DNA of 64,000 nucleotides, taken from the IMG/VR virus record IMGVR_UViG_2925891887_000001; one strand, written 5' to 3'. Position numbers and translations under genes: made by a program. The DNA comes from a virus (lineage: Duplodnaviria > Heunggongvirae > Uroviricota > Caudoviricetes). Positions 28,449 to 38,332 of this stretch are shown piece by piece; position 1 is the stretch's first letter; the number at the start of each line of letters is the position of its first letter. The notes beneath the pieces were generated by a model that did no database searches, was not told the DNA's origin, and saw only the letters and a list, made by a program, of their open reading frames with translations.

Positions 28449-29198
28449 GTGAGCCACATGAGCCAAATCTTTTTCGATACCATCGACAACGACCAGTACG
28501 ACTTCATGACAGAGTGGAATACCGCTGTTATGGACAAGTGGGTTGCTGAAAACATTGGTTTGTCGCGCTGCAAAGACGAGGCTGAACTGTTTGAGACGAA
28601 GTGGTTTGATTACCGCGATATGCATCCTCTCATGGCCACCTGTCTGTTTACGGAGGCATACAAACGTCAGTACTCAAATATCATGCTGACGCACGGTCGT
28701 GAACACTTTGAAACAGCTCCGTTCACCACCGGGTTAAAACGCTTGCCTTATCAGGAGTTGTCGACTGCTAATAAAACGTCGCTATGGAAAGCACGCCAGT
28801 TTGCGGATCGCTATTGCTGCTCATACGACTACTTTATCTCCACTGTTCTTTCCGCAGCTGCACGACGTCTGTGGGACAAGCTGCCTCGCCCACAGCATTT
28901 GTGGCAGCCAGAACTGATTGAGATATTTGAAGAGAAATTAGCCAGACGCGCAACAACCCGTCTGGATGACTCTCTGGTTAGCTTTAAGCATATGGGAGAC
29001 ATGCAGTTCAACCCGATTCAGGAAAGCTATTTTGAGTGGATTCTGGAGCGTTTGCGCACCATCCCTCGCAGTAAGCGCATACGCGCAATTTTCTCCGCTA
29101 TCTGGCTAATGGAAATCGTTCCAGAGCGCCTTATTTCCGCCCACTTTCCAGAAGAACTGGAAGAAGCACGGCGGTTTATTGATCCCCTATCTAATTAA
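28449..29198 (+). CDS. hypothetical protein (upstream of replicative helicase)
   Basis: 249-aa ORF; GATAAGTAAGTA motif upstream. Confidence 0.5.
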   Translation: MSHMSQIFFDTIDNDQYDFMTEWNTAVMDKWVAENIGLSRCKDEAELFETKWFDYRDMHPLMATCLFTEAYKRQYSNIMLTHGREHFETAPFTTGLKRLPYQELSTANKTSLWKARQFADRYCCSYDYFISTVLSAAARRLWDKLPRPQHLWQPELIEIFEEKLARRATTRLDDSLVSFKHMGDMQFNPIQESYFEWILERLRTIPRSKRIRAIFSAIWLMEIVPERLISAHFPEELEEARRFIDPLSN

Positions 29199-29219
29199 CT
29201 AATACTAGAAAACAATTTG

Positions 29220-29232
29220 TTTAAAAAACAAA
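29220..29232. promoter_or_regulatory. AAACAATTTGTTT palindrome upstream of the helicase gene
   Basis: 13-bp perfect palindrome; near-identical copies at 48876-48888, 57309-57321, 42839-42852 and 25442-25455, each 20-45 bp upstream of a start codon. Confidence 0.5.
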
Positions 29233-29241
29233 GGAAAGCAC

Positions 29242-30582
29242 ATGACCGAACTTTGCCATACAGGACGCGGGCTGTCCGAAGAGTTTGATGAAGATTTCCA
29301 GAACAGACTGACGGCATATTTTTGTCGTGATCACGAGTTTCTTACTCGTGCGGGAGATCTGGTTGTGCCTAGCCAATTTGCCAATGCGGCCAATGCCATA
29401 TTGGTTAATATGGTTTCGGGCTATTACCGTATGTACAAGAGCGCGCCCTCTTCATCTGCAATTCTGGATATGCTTAAGCGTGCGAAACGCGATAAGACTA
29501 TCCGTGAGGAACTATTCGCCGATGTTGTTGTTGCGTTTAAGCGCATCCTTGCAGAAAAATTGTCCGATACCTCGTACATGGTTGACCAGGTATCAACCTT
29601 CGCAAAAAGCGTAGCGTTTGATGATGCTCTGATTAAGGCTGCTGAACTGAAAGAGAAGGGCGACTTTCAGGGGGCGATGGCAATCATGGCCAAGGTTCAG
29701 CAGATTGGATCGAACGAAGCGACCGGAATCTATGACTACTACACCTCCGCAAGTGAGCGATTGAAAGCGCGTGAATATGAGGCTTCAGAGGAGTATGTAC
29801 CAAACAGTATTACAACTGGACTCCCTCTTCTCGATAGGTTGCTGTACCAAAAAGGCTGGGCAAAGCGCGAAATGGTGCTCTTCATGGGGTTCGCTAAATC
29901 CGGTAAATCGACCGCAATGGGTGAGTTTTCCATAAACGCAACGCTTGCTGGCTACAATGTTCTGTATCTCTCGCTGGAGGTTCACACCAACATTTTGTCC
30001 GACCGTTTTGATGCAAGATTGTCGGAGACGGAAATGTCCAAGTTGGTGGAACGGCGCGATGAAGTTCATCGTAAGTTGGCAGAGTTGGGAGCCTCTAAGG
30101 GGATTGGTAGTTTGTGGGTTGTTGAGCGTCCGTCAGGAAGTATGTCACCGGCAGATCTGGACCGTATGCTTAACAGCATGAAAGCCAACGGCATGGTGCC
30201 TGACATGGTTGTTGTCGACTACGCAGATTTGATGCGTGCCAGTTATGACCTTCGTGATGATCGCGCCAACATTCGTAGTATCTACACCGATTTACGTGCT
30301 CTTTATGACAAGCATAACGTTGCTGGGATCACGGCATCGCAGACAAACCGTGAAGGTGGCGCGTCAGAAGTTGCCACAATGATGCACGCTGCCGACAACA
30401 TCGAAAAAGTACGTATTGCTGACCTGGTAATAACGATCAACAAAACCGAAGAAGAAGAAGCGAAAGGAGAGGCTCGTCTCTACTTTGCCGGTTCACGTAA
30501 CCAGCAGGGAGGGATCAGCATTCGCGTTAAACAAAACCTCGAACAAATGCGCTTCATTGAGCGAATCTTAGACGTTACCTAA
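29242..30582 (+). CDS. DnaB-like replicative helicase
   Basis: Walker A (GFAKSGKST), DnaB-type Walker B (VVVDYADLM), about 446 aa. Confidence 0.75.
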   Translation: MTELCHTGRGLSEEFDEDFQNRLTAYFCRDHEFLTRAGDLVVPSQFANAANAILVNMVSGYYRMYKSAPSSSAILDMLKRAKRDKTIREELFADVVVAFKRILAEKLSDTSYMVDQVSTFAKSVAFDDALIKAAELKEKGDFQGAMAIMAKVQQIGSNEATGIYDYYTSASERLKAREYEASEEYVPNSITTGLPLLDRLLYQKGWAKREMVLFMGFAKSGKSTAMGEFSINATLAGYNVLYLSLEVHTNILSDRFDARLSETEMSKLVERRDEVHRKLAELGASKGIGSLWVVERPSGSMSPADLDRMLNSMKANGMVPDMVVVDYADLMRASYDLRDDRANIRSIYTDLRALYDKHNVAGITASQTNREGGASEVATMMHAADNIEKVRIADLVITINKTEEEEAKGEARLYFAGSRNQQGGISIRVKQNLEQMRFIERILDVT

Positions 30583-30591
30583 AAAATAAGC

Positions 30592-31845
30592 GTGGAGAAC
30601 ACCTCCACGCTTGATTCATTGGTGAAACAACTTTTCTTTTGCCAAACCACAAAAGAAAAACACATGAGCCTTTATGTTATATCAACATTTAGGTTGGTCA
30701 CAATATTGCCTGTTAAAAGTGGAATTATCGTGAGCGAGCTGAAAGAGCTAATTGCCGAATTAGATTTTGAACAATGGTTGGATACTGAAGGTATCGTTTA
30801 TCGACGTGGAGGCGTGAGTGCTCGCGGTCGTGAAGTGAATATCAAAGAGTGTCCGGTATGCGGCAGCTCCAACTGGAAGGTATATTTCAATCTGACCAGT
30901 GGCGTCGGCAAATGCTTCGCTGGTGATCATCCCGAAGAGATTCAGTTCAATAAGCTGGTCTTCCTCAAGCACTACAGCGGTAAATCACGACGACAGTTCG
31001 AGGAATATGTGCAGAACGCTCTTCTTTCCCAGGGGTGGACACCAAAGAAAGAAGAGCTAGTGCTTGCAAGCACAGTCGAGTTAGAGGGGCCAGTTGCACT
31101 CCCTCGTCATTACGAGCTTCCTATAGATGGCCGTCTTCCAGACTATCTGGTTGAACGAAACATATCACCTGAAATGGCAAAGTATTTTGACCTACGATAC
31201 TGCGTCGAAGGCAAGCACGCTTATGTAGATCCGTATACAGATCAGGTAAAAGGGCAGATATTCGATATGCGAATACTGATACCGGTTTACGATCTGGATG
31301 GGGTAATGAAGACATTTCAGGGACGAGACATTACCGGTACAGCAGAACGCCGCTACCTCTTTCCTATGCAGCTTCCAGCTTCAGGTAAATTTCTCTACAA
31401 CGGCCATAATGCAGTCGGCAAACAGACTGTAGTTGTCTGTGAGGGTTCGTTCGATGTTATGGGGGTCAAACGAGCTATTTTCGACGAAGAAACATTACGT
31501 GATTACGTGGAGCCAATAGGAACGTTCGGGATGCATCTATCTGGCAACACCACTCAGGATGCAGAAGATCAGTTGGGCGCGTTCCTGACGCTCAAGGCGC
31601 GTGGATTACGTAATGTGATCATGATGTGGGATAGTGAAAAGCAAGCTATACGAAACACGATGGCCGCAGCCAGGCGACTGACCAGTATTGGTCTTAATGT
31701 CAAAGTTGCGTGTTTGGGCGAGGAAGGACTCGACCCCGGCGATGCGACACCGGGGCAGATTATCAAAGCCTACTATTGCGCAAAACCTTATTCACGACAG
31801 CTTGAACTTTTAAGCAAGGTAAAAGGTATAGCAGCATTAGTTTGA
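30592..31845 (+). CDS. DNA primase (zinc ribbon plus TOPRIM)
   Basis: CPVCGSSNW...CFAGDH zinc-binding motif and TOPRIM-like acidic motifs (VVVCEGSFD); start uncertain. Confidence 0.65.
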   Translation: MENTSTLDSLVKQLFFCQTTKEKHMSLYVISTFRLVTILPVKSGIIVSELKELIAELDFEQWLDTEGIVYRRGGVSARGREVNIKECPVCGSSNWKVYFNLTSGVGKCFAGDHPEEIQFNKLVFLKHYSGKSRRQFEEYVQNALLSQGWTPKKEELVLASTVELEGPVALPRHYELPIDGRLPDYLVERNISPEMAKYFDLRYCVEGKHAYVDPYTDQVKGQIFDMRILIPVYDLDGVMKTFQGRDITGTAERRYLFPMQLPASGKFLYNGHNAVGKQTVVVCEGSFDVMGVKRAIFDEETLRDYVEPIGTFGMHLSGNTTQDAEDQLGAFLTLKARGLRNVIMMWDSEKQAIRNTMAAARRLTSIGLNVKVACLGEEGLDPGDATPGQIIKAYYCAKPYSRQLELLSKVKGIAALV

Positions 31846-33090
31846 ACCAGTATTAGTCACGTAAACATTGACCGAAAATGATTTAACTTCTGTGTTGAAG
31901 TTGTCAGTCATTACCGCGAGGTAGGCATTCTTGGTATCTCTGAATTGCTTCAGGATGATTTGAACGTTATCGGTGCAAACAAACGAGGTAGCCAGATTGC
32001 CTCCTTTCTCTGAAAAATCCTTCAAGAAGGTGCAGTCAACTTTGCCATCATTAGCGGTGAAGACGGCATCATCACCCTGCCAGGTAAATGTTGCGTTAAC
32101 GCCTTTATCAATGGATTTAGCAATAAGTCGCTGAGTGTCAGATTTGGCATTTTGCTGTTTTGAAGGCGAACGGAACGTACCTTTTGCTTTCATTGCAGCA
32201 ACGTTTTCGCAGCCCGTTTCGTCATCTTTATCGCAAGCAGCTTGGTAAAGCTCTGATGCTTTCCGATAATCCTGTTTGACGCCCAATCCCTTAAGATACA
32301 TGTAACCAAGGTGGTTCATGGCATAATCATTTCCTAAGCTGATTGCTTGTTCTAAAAGACTTCTGGCCTTCGAATAGTCTTTTTTTATACCTTCTCCATG
32401 CATCAACTTGTATCCAAGCGCGCTCATGGCGTTATTATTTCCTAATTCAGCTGCTTTCAAGTACCACTTAATTGCCTCTTTATTGTTGCGCTTAACAGCA
32501 ACACCATCGTCGTACATAGAGCCTAGCCCATACATTCCTGCGGCATTTCCACTATCCGCAGCCTTTTTATAAGATTTAAATGCTTTCTTGTAATCTTTCG
32601 GAACTCCCTTACCGTATTGATATAAATATCCCATATAGGCAAGCGAAGGTATATCACCAGCTTCTACTGCTAGTTTGTGATATTTTAAAGCAGCTTCTGG
32701 GTCCTCCTTTCCAGTCCAACCTCGTTCGTATATAACGGCAAGATTATGGTAAGCACTGCCGTTGCGAGCATTTCCTGCTAGTTTGTAGTACTCAACGGCC
32801 TTATTTAGATCTTTATCTACTCCCTTCCCAATTGTGTACATAACCCCAAGCGCATAATATGCTACTTTATCTCCCTTTTCTGCGGCGAGATCGATCCACT
32901 TCTTGGCCTCTACTAAATCCTCATCAAAGCCATTAGCCCCATCCAAATAATTTGTCCCTAACGCACTTTGTGCTGTGGTATCTCCTGCGGTGGCGGCGTC
33001 GATCAGCGTTTGTTTATTATCTGCGTTAACGTATCCAGGGCCGAAAAGCAAAGCTAATGCCAGCAACGATGAAGGTTTTATGAGTTTCAT
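31837..33090 (-). CDS. secreted Sel1-like repeat (TPR-like) protein
   Basis: Signal peptide then multiple about 36-aa repeats of Sel1 type (A..YYKLAA..G...A...LG.MY..G.GV..D); only large minus-strand gene in the replication block. Confidence 0.7.
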   Translation of the reverse strand: MKLIKPSSLLALALLFGPGYVNADNKQTLIDAATAGDTTAQSALGTNYLDGANGFDEDLVEAKKWIDLAAEKGDKVAYYALGVMYTIGKGVDKDLNKAVEYYKLAGNARNGSAYHNLAVIYERGWTGKEDPEAALKYHKLAVEAGDIPSLAYMGYLYQYGKGVPKDYKKAFKSYKKAADSGNAAGMYGLGSMYDDGVAVKRNNKEAIKWYLKAAELGNNNAMSALGYKLMHGEGIKKDYSKARSLLEQAISLGNDYAMNHLGYMYLKGLGVKQDYRKASELYQAACDKDDETGCENVAAMKAKGTFRSPSKQQNAKSDTQRLIAKSIDKGVNATFTWQGDDAVFTANDGKVDCTFLKDFSEKGGNLATSFVCTDNVQIILKQFRDTKNAYLAVMTDNFNTEVKSFSVNVYVTNTGSN

Positions 33091-33317
33091 ATTTTATGTT
33101 CTGTTGATATAGGATGAACAGTTTAGACGCGGCAAGCGTCAAGTGTGCGAAAAGGGTACTTAAATTTAGTTAATCTGTCAGCTTTGATAATTTATGAACT
33201 GTAAAGTTGATGTGATATTAATCACTGATGGAAATAATGAGCTATGGAATTATTGTGACACGGCTCGTGTTTTGGTTAACTAATACCTACGATAAATATA
33301 AATAAAGGGAAGTCAAA

Positions 33318-33731
33318 ATGAGCAAAAAGAAGTTGATTTTAACAGGTGCTTTATTGTCGTTGTTTGCATTAGTTGGGTGTAAGCCTACAGACGAGAAGGC
33401 TATTACTCTGGGCCAACAGGCAATTGCGGATGATATGAAAGATCCCACGTCGGTGATGTTTAGGAAAGATAAGTTTGTCAGGACTGATCATGATGATGGG
33501 AGTGTGACAGGCTTTGTGTGTGGTGAATTAAACGCCAAAAATGGCTTTGGTGCATACGTGGGCTATCACTCATATGTTGTTGAACTCGAAATGAAGCCAA
33601 AGGGCATGTTTTCAAAAGGGGTGGTATACAAAATCCTATCGAAGTCGTTGGCACCTAATGATCCTCATGATTTACAGCGTTATAAGCAGGTCTACAGAAA
33701 GATGTGCAACAGTGAGGCTGTAGCTCATTAA
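33318..33731 (+). CDS. lipoprotein, function unknown
   Basis: Signal peptide with lipobox LVGC; AGGGA RBS. Confidence 0.55.
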   Translation: MSKKKLILTGALLSLFALVGCKPTDEKAITLGQQAIADDMKDPTSVMFRKDKFVRTDHDDGSVTGFVCGELNAKNGFGAYVGYHSYVVELEMKPKGMFSKGVVYKILSKSLAPNDPHDLQRYKQVYRKMCNSEAVAH

Positions 33732-33856
33732 AGGTGAATGCTGGGCTGAGGATATGCCCGGCATCTTAGTATAAAGAACTATTGCACCTAAAATGATAAG
33801 TAGATACATACTTAAGTTTTTGTAAGAATACTTTCATCCGTTAGCTAGGAGTTGGT

Positions 33857-34639
33857 ATGAAAGAAGAAATTAAGAGATTAGCCTGCAACATCATTGATAA
33901 AACTGGTTTAGAAATCAGCGAGAGCAATCGGCTAGACATCATTGAAAAAGCCGTCAATACGGCAATGGATCATATCGCCACTCGTTTGGTCGAGATCCCT
34001 CTACCGGGGCTACCTTATCTGAAGGTTAAGTTGTGCGTATGGGACGAACCTGCACATGCACGACGTTCTGCATTAGTTGTTTTTGTACGCAAAGAAAACT
34101 TACGAACTCTAAAAGTGCAGGTTGGGGCGTGGTTTGATGGCAGAGTCATCTATACAGATACCATTATCTGTCCTCCAGGTGACGAACATATTGAAGCCGT
34201 TATTCGAGAATCAATTCGAGCTATGCGTAGTTTAGCTTTGCTGGAAGACAAGCAAAACTTTGAAGATTACTTGCTGTCGGTAAAAGCTGAACCAACATTG
34301 TCTCTGAAAGCCGATTTCGTCACCCCGACAAATCTGTTGGAGGTTTTGATTAATAAAGGGGCTAATGATGCTGTAAACCTAATCAGGGAGAGCGAATATT
34401 CGACTCTTTGGGACATGTGCAAAAGCCAGTTGGATCTTGTGCATATCATTGTTGATGCGGGTAAGGCGTGTGATGGCGTAATGGCGGAATTTGCTGGGAA
34501 GATGGTCAGGATTGCTAACGAATTACCGATGATAGAGCAAGAGGCCAAATCATACGCCACCAATCATGTCACAGAGCTTCTTGCCCCCTATCGCTTAGAA
34601 AGCGATCAGCGCAAGATGATTAGCTGGGGAAGTTGGTAA
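33857..34639 (+). CDS. hypothetical protein
   Basis: 260-aa ORF with AGGAG RBS. Confidence 0.55.
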   Translation: MKEEIKRLACNIIDKTGLEISESNRLDIIEKAVNTAMDHIATRLVEIPLPGLPYLKVKLCVWDEPAHARRSALVVFVRKENLRTLKVQVGAWFDGRVIYTDTIICPPGDEHIEAVIRESIRAMRSLALLEDKQNFEDYLLSVKAEPTLSLKADFVTPTNLLEVLINKGANDAVNLIRESEYSTLWDMCKSQLDLVHIIVDAGKACDGVMAEFAGKMVRIANELPMIEQEAKSYATNHVTELLAPYRLESDQRKMISWGSW

Positions 34640-34706
34640 GCTCTCTGTGTGTCGTTTTTTACGCAAATAATGATAAGTAAGCACAAGATTATTTCTGGCG
34701 GTAATT

Positions 34707-35177
34707 GTGAAAGCTGATTTGTCAAAAGTCCCTTCTATTTCAGGAAATAACGGTTATTCACTTCGTTGTGAGGAAGTAAAGATAAACGGTGAGTCGGCAT
34801 ATTGCAGCTACTCCGTTTGCCAGCACACCATTCTTGCCTTCAAAGAAAACCGTCTTCCTCGAACGTCTTTCCAGTCGTGCGCAACCGCTATTAAAGCAGG
34901 CAAATGCAAGGCGTTAAAAATGATGGTTGAAGAGATTCGTAAAGGAGAATCTCTGTATTTCGAAGATATGACCGCACTCATTAAGGAGGTTGAAGAACGG
35001 AATAAACAAGCCAGAACTATAAAACGAAAACGTGACAGTGTAACGATTAATAGCATGGTTAAGAAGAGCGCCACATCACAAACAGCGATCACTGACGTGT
35101 ATGCGGCGTTGATTGAAGAAACAACAAAAGAAACACATGAGCAAATCGATCAACATATGGAGGCAAAACAACAATGA
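34707..35177 (+). CDS. hypothetical protein
   Basis: 156-aa ORF; start uncertain; stop overlaps ligase start. Confidence 0.45.
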   Translation: MKADLSKVPSISGNNGYSLRCEEVKINGESAYCSYSVCQHTILAFKENRLPRTSFQSCATAIKAGKCKALKMMVEEIRKGESLYFEDMTALIKEVEERNKQARTIKRKRDSVTINSMVKKSATSQTAITDVYAALIEETTKETHEQIDQHMEAKQQ

Positions 35178-36496
35178 AAAAGTTGATCGCACTTAAGCAT
35201 AAGCTGGACGAAATGAAAGCTATAGGAACCAATGCAAAAAAAGAGGCATTGGCCAACATGGATGACTTTGAACAAAGCATGGTTTCATTGATGCTCAACC
35301 CTTTCATCCGTTTTGGGGTAAAGAAATACAAAGTGGCAGAGCCGCTTAGTGAGTCCATCCCAAGTGACGTAAAAGCCATTGATGTACTGAATAAGCTGGC
35401 CTCTCGCGAGCTAACGGGGAACGCAGCAATAGCAGCTGTTGAGTCTATCGTGGCGTCAATGTGCGCCGATGGGCAGGACGTGTTCCGTCGTTTCCTCTTA
35501 AAAGACCCGAAAGCAGGTGTTGGGATTAGCCTATGCAACAAGGTTTTTGAAAATCCCATTCCGAAATTCGAGGTGCAGCTGGCGTCACCGTATAAAGAAA
35601 AAGGCGACAAATACCCCTTCAAGCCAAATCCTAAAGCAAAATGGCCGATGATTGGCAGTCTTAAGCTCGATGGTTTGCGAGTAATTTGCGAGGTTATTGT
35701 TGACGAGGAAGAGGTTAACTTCCTTTCTCGTACTGGTAATCCAATCACGTCTCTCGATCACCTAAAGCCAGCAATGCTCGAATTAGGCAAACTTTCAGGC
35801 CACAAACACATCTTCTTCGATGGTGAAGGAACAGCCGGTTCATTTAACCAGTCCGTATCTGCATTGCGCAAAAAGAACGTGCAGGCAATTGGCGCTATTT
35901 ATCATGTTTTCGACTTCTTCCTACCGGAATGGCGAGCACAGGCTAAATCCAAAGAGTATGCAAAGACAGGTATGAAGCTGAAAGAGCGCCTGGCTATTCT
36001 CGTGGCGTTGTTCAAAAACGATCGCAGTGAAGGCTACACACAAGACATTCACCTGCATCCGTTCTATATCATCCATAGCCACGAAGACTTCATCGAACGC
36101 TTCATGAAACGCCTGGACGATAATGAAGAAGGGGAGATGGGCAAAGATCCGAACTCTGTTTACGAGTTTAAACGTACCCGCAGCTGGTGGAAGTTAAAAG
36201 ACGAAGATTCAGAAGATGGTGAAATTATCGATTTTGAGCCGGGCGATCCGGACTCTGGTTTTGCCAACACGCTTGGAAAAATTGTTATTCGTCTTGAAAA
36301 CGGCGTCATCGTTCGTGCGAGCGGTATTAAGCATAAATATCTGGACGAGATCTGGAACAACAAAGAGAAGTACCGTGGTCGTATTGTTGAGGTTCATTGT
36401 CACGAGAAAACACCGGATGGCAGCTTACGCCACCCCCGACTGAAATGGCCGCGTTGCTTACGCGATACAGAAGATCGAATCGGAGATAAAGAATGA
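35174..36496 (+). CDS. ATP-dependent DNA ligase
   Basis: Adenylation motif I KxDG (SLKLDGLRV) and ligase-size ORF. Confidence 0.8.
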   Translation: MKKLIALKHKLDEMKAIGTNAKKEALANMDDFEQSMVSLMLNPFIRFGVKKYKVAEPLSESIPSDVKAIDVLNKLASRELTGNAAIAAVESIVASMCADGQDVFRRFLLKDPKAGVGISLCNKVFENPIPKFEVQLASPYKEKGDKYPFKPNPKAKWPMIGSLKLDGLRVICEVIVDEEEVNFLSRTGNPITSLDHLKPAMLELGKLSGHKHIFFDGEGTAGSFNQSVSALRKKNVQAIGAIYHVFDFFLPEWRAQAKSKEYAKTGMKLKERLAILVALFKNDRSEGYTQDIHLHPFYIIHSHEDFIERFMKRLDDNEEGEMGKDPNSVYEFKRTRSWWKLKDEDSEDGEIIDFEPGDPDSGFANTLGKIVIRLENGVIVRASGIKHKYLDEIWNNKEKYRGRIVEVHCHEKTPDGSLRHPRLKWPRCLRDTEDRIGDKE

Positions 36497-36672
36497 TGCT
36501 CGGCTGGATGATTGCATTTTTAGCAGTTGGTTTTTTCATAGGTATTGTGGTGATGTCCAGTTGCATCAATGACTACATTAAAAGCGGTGTTATAGAAAGA
36601 CGCGGTCGTATTTATCGCATTGTAGAAATAACCAACACCCTGAAGGAGATTAAGGATGATCGTATTAAGTAA
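36493..36672 (+). CDS. small membrane protein (59 aa)
   Basis: Not in the ORF track (below 60 aa); ATG overlaps ligase stop; one TM helix; paralogous to 36868..37020. Confidence 0.4.
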   Translation: MMLGWMIAFLAVGFFIGIVVMSSCINDYIKSGVIERRGRIYRIVEITNTLKEIKDDRIK

Positions 36673-36871
36673 ACGGGAGAAGGAAACGCTTCATGAAATC
36701 AGTAAGTGGCCGGAGTTCCCTGAGTACTGGAAGCCTAAAACGCGAGCTAAGTTAGAGCGTTTAGGGTTGGTTGCAAACGTTTCTGAAACGTGGTGTTCGG
36801 CCAACTACCAGTTAACTGATAAAGGGAAAGTATTGCTACAGCAATTAGTAGAATCAGGAGTGTTAAAATGA
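36656..36871 (+). CDS. hypothetical small protein
   Basis: 71-aa ORF with AAGGAG RBS. Confidence 0.5.
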   Translation: MIVLSKREKETLHEISKWPEFPEYWKPKTRAKLERLGLVANVSETWCSANYQLTDKGKVLLQQLVESGVLK

Positions 36872-37020
36872 TTCCATACATCTCATTAGCTTTTATGGGT
36901 GGCTTCCTTATCGGCTTCGGCATCTGTCGTGATTTAGTTAAGCAGGAACTTAAAACCAAAACACTGTGCATCGGAAAGCGTGTGTATCGGGTAGTTCATG
37001 AAACAAAGGTGAAAAAATGA
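36868..37020 (+). CDS. small membrane protein (50 aa), paralogue of 36493..36672
   Basis: ATG overlapping upstream stop; TM helix followed by a shared basic motif (RVYRVVHETK versus RIYRIVEITN). Confidence 0.4.
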   Translation: MIPYISLAFMGGFLIGFGICRDLVKQELKTKTLCIGKRVYRVVHETKVKK

Positions 37021-37307
37021 GCAATTTAACTTCTTGGGAATGGTGGTTGGCCACCTATTTCTTAGCGGCCGGAGTCGCATTCGCCTTTTACGTAGGTCAG
37101 TTAGTCGTAAAACTGTTGCTGATTAAATTTGCTAGTCATAAACGTATCGATGATGGTCTGTGGCGTCTTGGCGCCCTGGTGGAAACTCGCTACGGGCAAC
37201 TTAAGGAGAACGAAACCATTACTATCCAAGCGAAACGATTCACTGCCACCATTACAAGAACACCTAGTCGTAGAGTGGCCTTGATCAAAAAAGTCACAAC
37301 CGAATAA
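37017..37307 (+). CDS. small membrane protein
   Basis: 96-aa ORF, N-terminal TM helix, ATGA start/stop overlap. Confidence 0.5.
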   Translation: MSNLTSWEWWLATYFLAAGVAFAFYVGQLVVKLLLIKFASHKRIDDGLWRLGALVETRYGQLKENETITIQAKRFTATITRTPSRRVALIKKVTTE

Positions 37308-37316
37308 AAACATATT

Positions 37317-37338
37317 GATAAGTATTTACTTACTTATC
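37317..37338. promoter_or_regulatory. perfect inverted repeat GATAAGTA-N6-TACTTATC, member of the recurrent GTAAGTA motif family
   Basis: Read directly from the sequence; related palindromes recur in many intergenic regions. Confidence 0.5.
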
Positions 37339-38085
37339 TTTTGTGTATAAGATGACTTTGTTTTCGTTGAGACGCGACTGTTTGAACTTAAATACAAGTG
37401 CAAACGAAGAAGTCTATCTGGCAGTAGCCTAATAAGCCAAACACCAGCGAGGTCAGTTTCCAGCCTCGTTACCGAAATGGGACACACTGAGCGAGTGTGA
37501 TTGCAGAACGCAGGAGGGAACATTCATGTTCCCTCCGATGAAGTAACAGAATGGGCGGTTGGTATATTTTCAACTCCATATGACTCCCGGATTCTTAGCC
37601 ACTGACCGCCCATCCTGTTACGTCATTTTGTTCAATTATGTCGTTTATACTGGGTTAAAAAGCGGCGACGTAGCCCGGCTGGTATGGTTAGCCAGCACAC
37701 AACGTTGAGGCCATTACATTTTTATCAATTCTAAGGTTCTATTCACAGAGATACCGGCGAGCGTTGATATGTAACATGTTGGGCAAACATTCAATCGGAG
37801 TAGTGGCCTCAACGTTGTGAAGACGGGATTGTTGTGTAGGTTTAACCACTGTTGCCATTGGTGCCTGTTTTCACAACAAATGATTCCATACATCACATTG
37901 TATAAATTACAAAGTAGGTGCTGTCCTCAGAAACATCATCTACTTAAAGATTTTGCCTTCTACTATTGAGCGAAGTCGAAAGCGTCTGGCACTAACGAAA
38001 AGTGCAAGTAGCGGTGCGTTTCCTGGCAGAAACTAAACCGTCGCGATTGGCACTGTTGAGTAATAAATACTGGCAGTGCTGAATT

Positions 38086-38160
38086 GATGGTGTAGCTCAG
38101 CGGTAGAGCAGTTGGCTGTTAACCAACTGGTCGGTGGTTCGAATCCACCCACCATCGCCA
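38086..38160 (+). tRNA. tRNA-Asn (anticodon GTT)
   Basis: Cloverleaf read by eye: acceptor GATGGTG/CACCATC, anticodon loop CTGTTAA, T-loop GGTTCGAATCC, encoded CCA. Confidence 0.8.
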
Positions 38161-38165
38161 ATTTA

Positions 38166-38252
38166 GGGGAGTTAGTCCGTAGAGGTAGCGGTGTAGACTG
38201 TAAATCTACTGTCATGGCGACTCGGGTGGTTCGACTCCATCACTCCCCACCA
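38166..38252 (+). tRNA. tRNA-Tyr (anticodon GTA), long variable arm
   Basis: Acceptor GGGGAGT/ACTCCCC, anticodon loop CTGTAAA, T-loop GGTTCGACTCC, encoded CCA. Confidence 0.75.
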
Positions 38253-38256
38253 AATT

Positions 38257-38332
38257 GCCGGTTTAGCTCAGTTGGTAGAGCAGTCGCTTTGTAAGCGAAT
38301 GGCCAGCGGTTCAAGTCCGTTAACCGGCACCA
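38257..38332 (+). tRNA. tRNA-Thr (anticodon TGT)
   Basis: Acceptor GCCGGTT/AACCGGC, D-arm AGCTCAGTTGGTAGAGC, anticodon loop TTTGTAA, T-loop GGTTCAAGTCC, encoded CCA. Confidence 0.75.

Noticed and set aside
35089-35748. Minus-strand 219-aa ORF antisense to the DNA ligase 5' region
   Set aside because: The ligase reading frame carries the KxDG motif and is contiguous; the antisense ORF has no RBS and a low-complexity translation.
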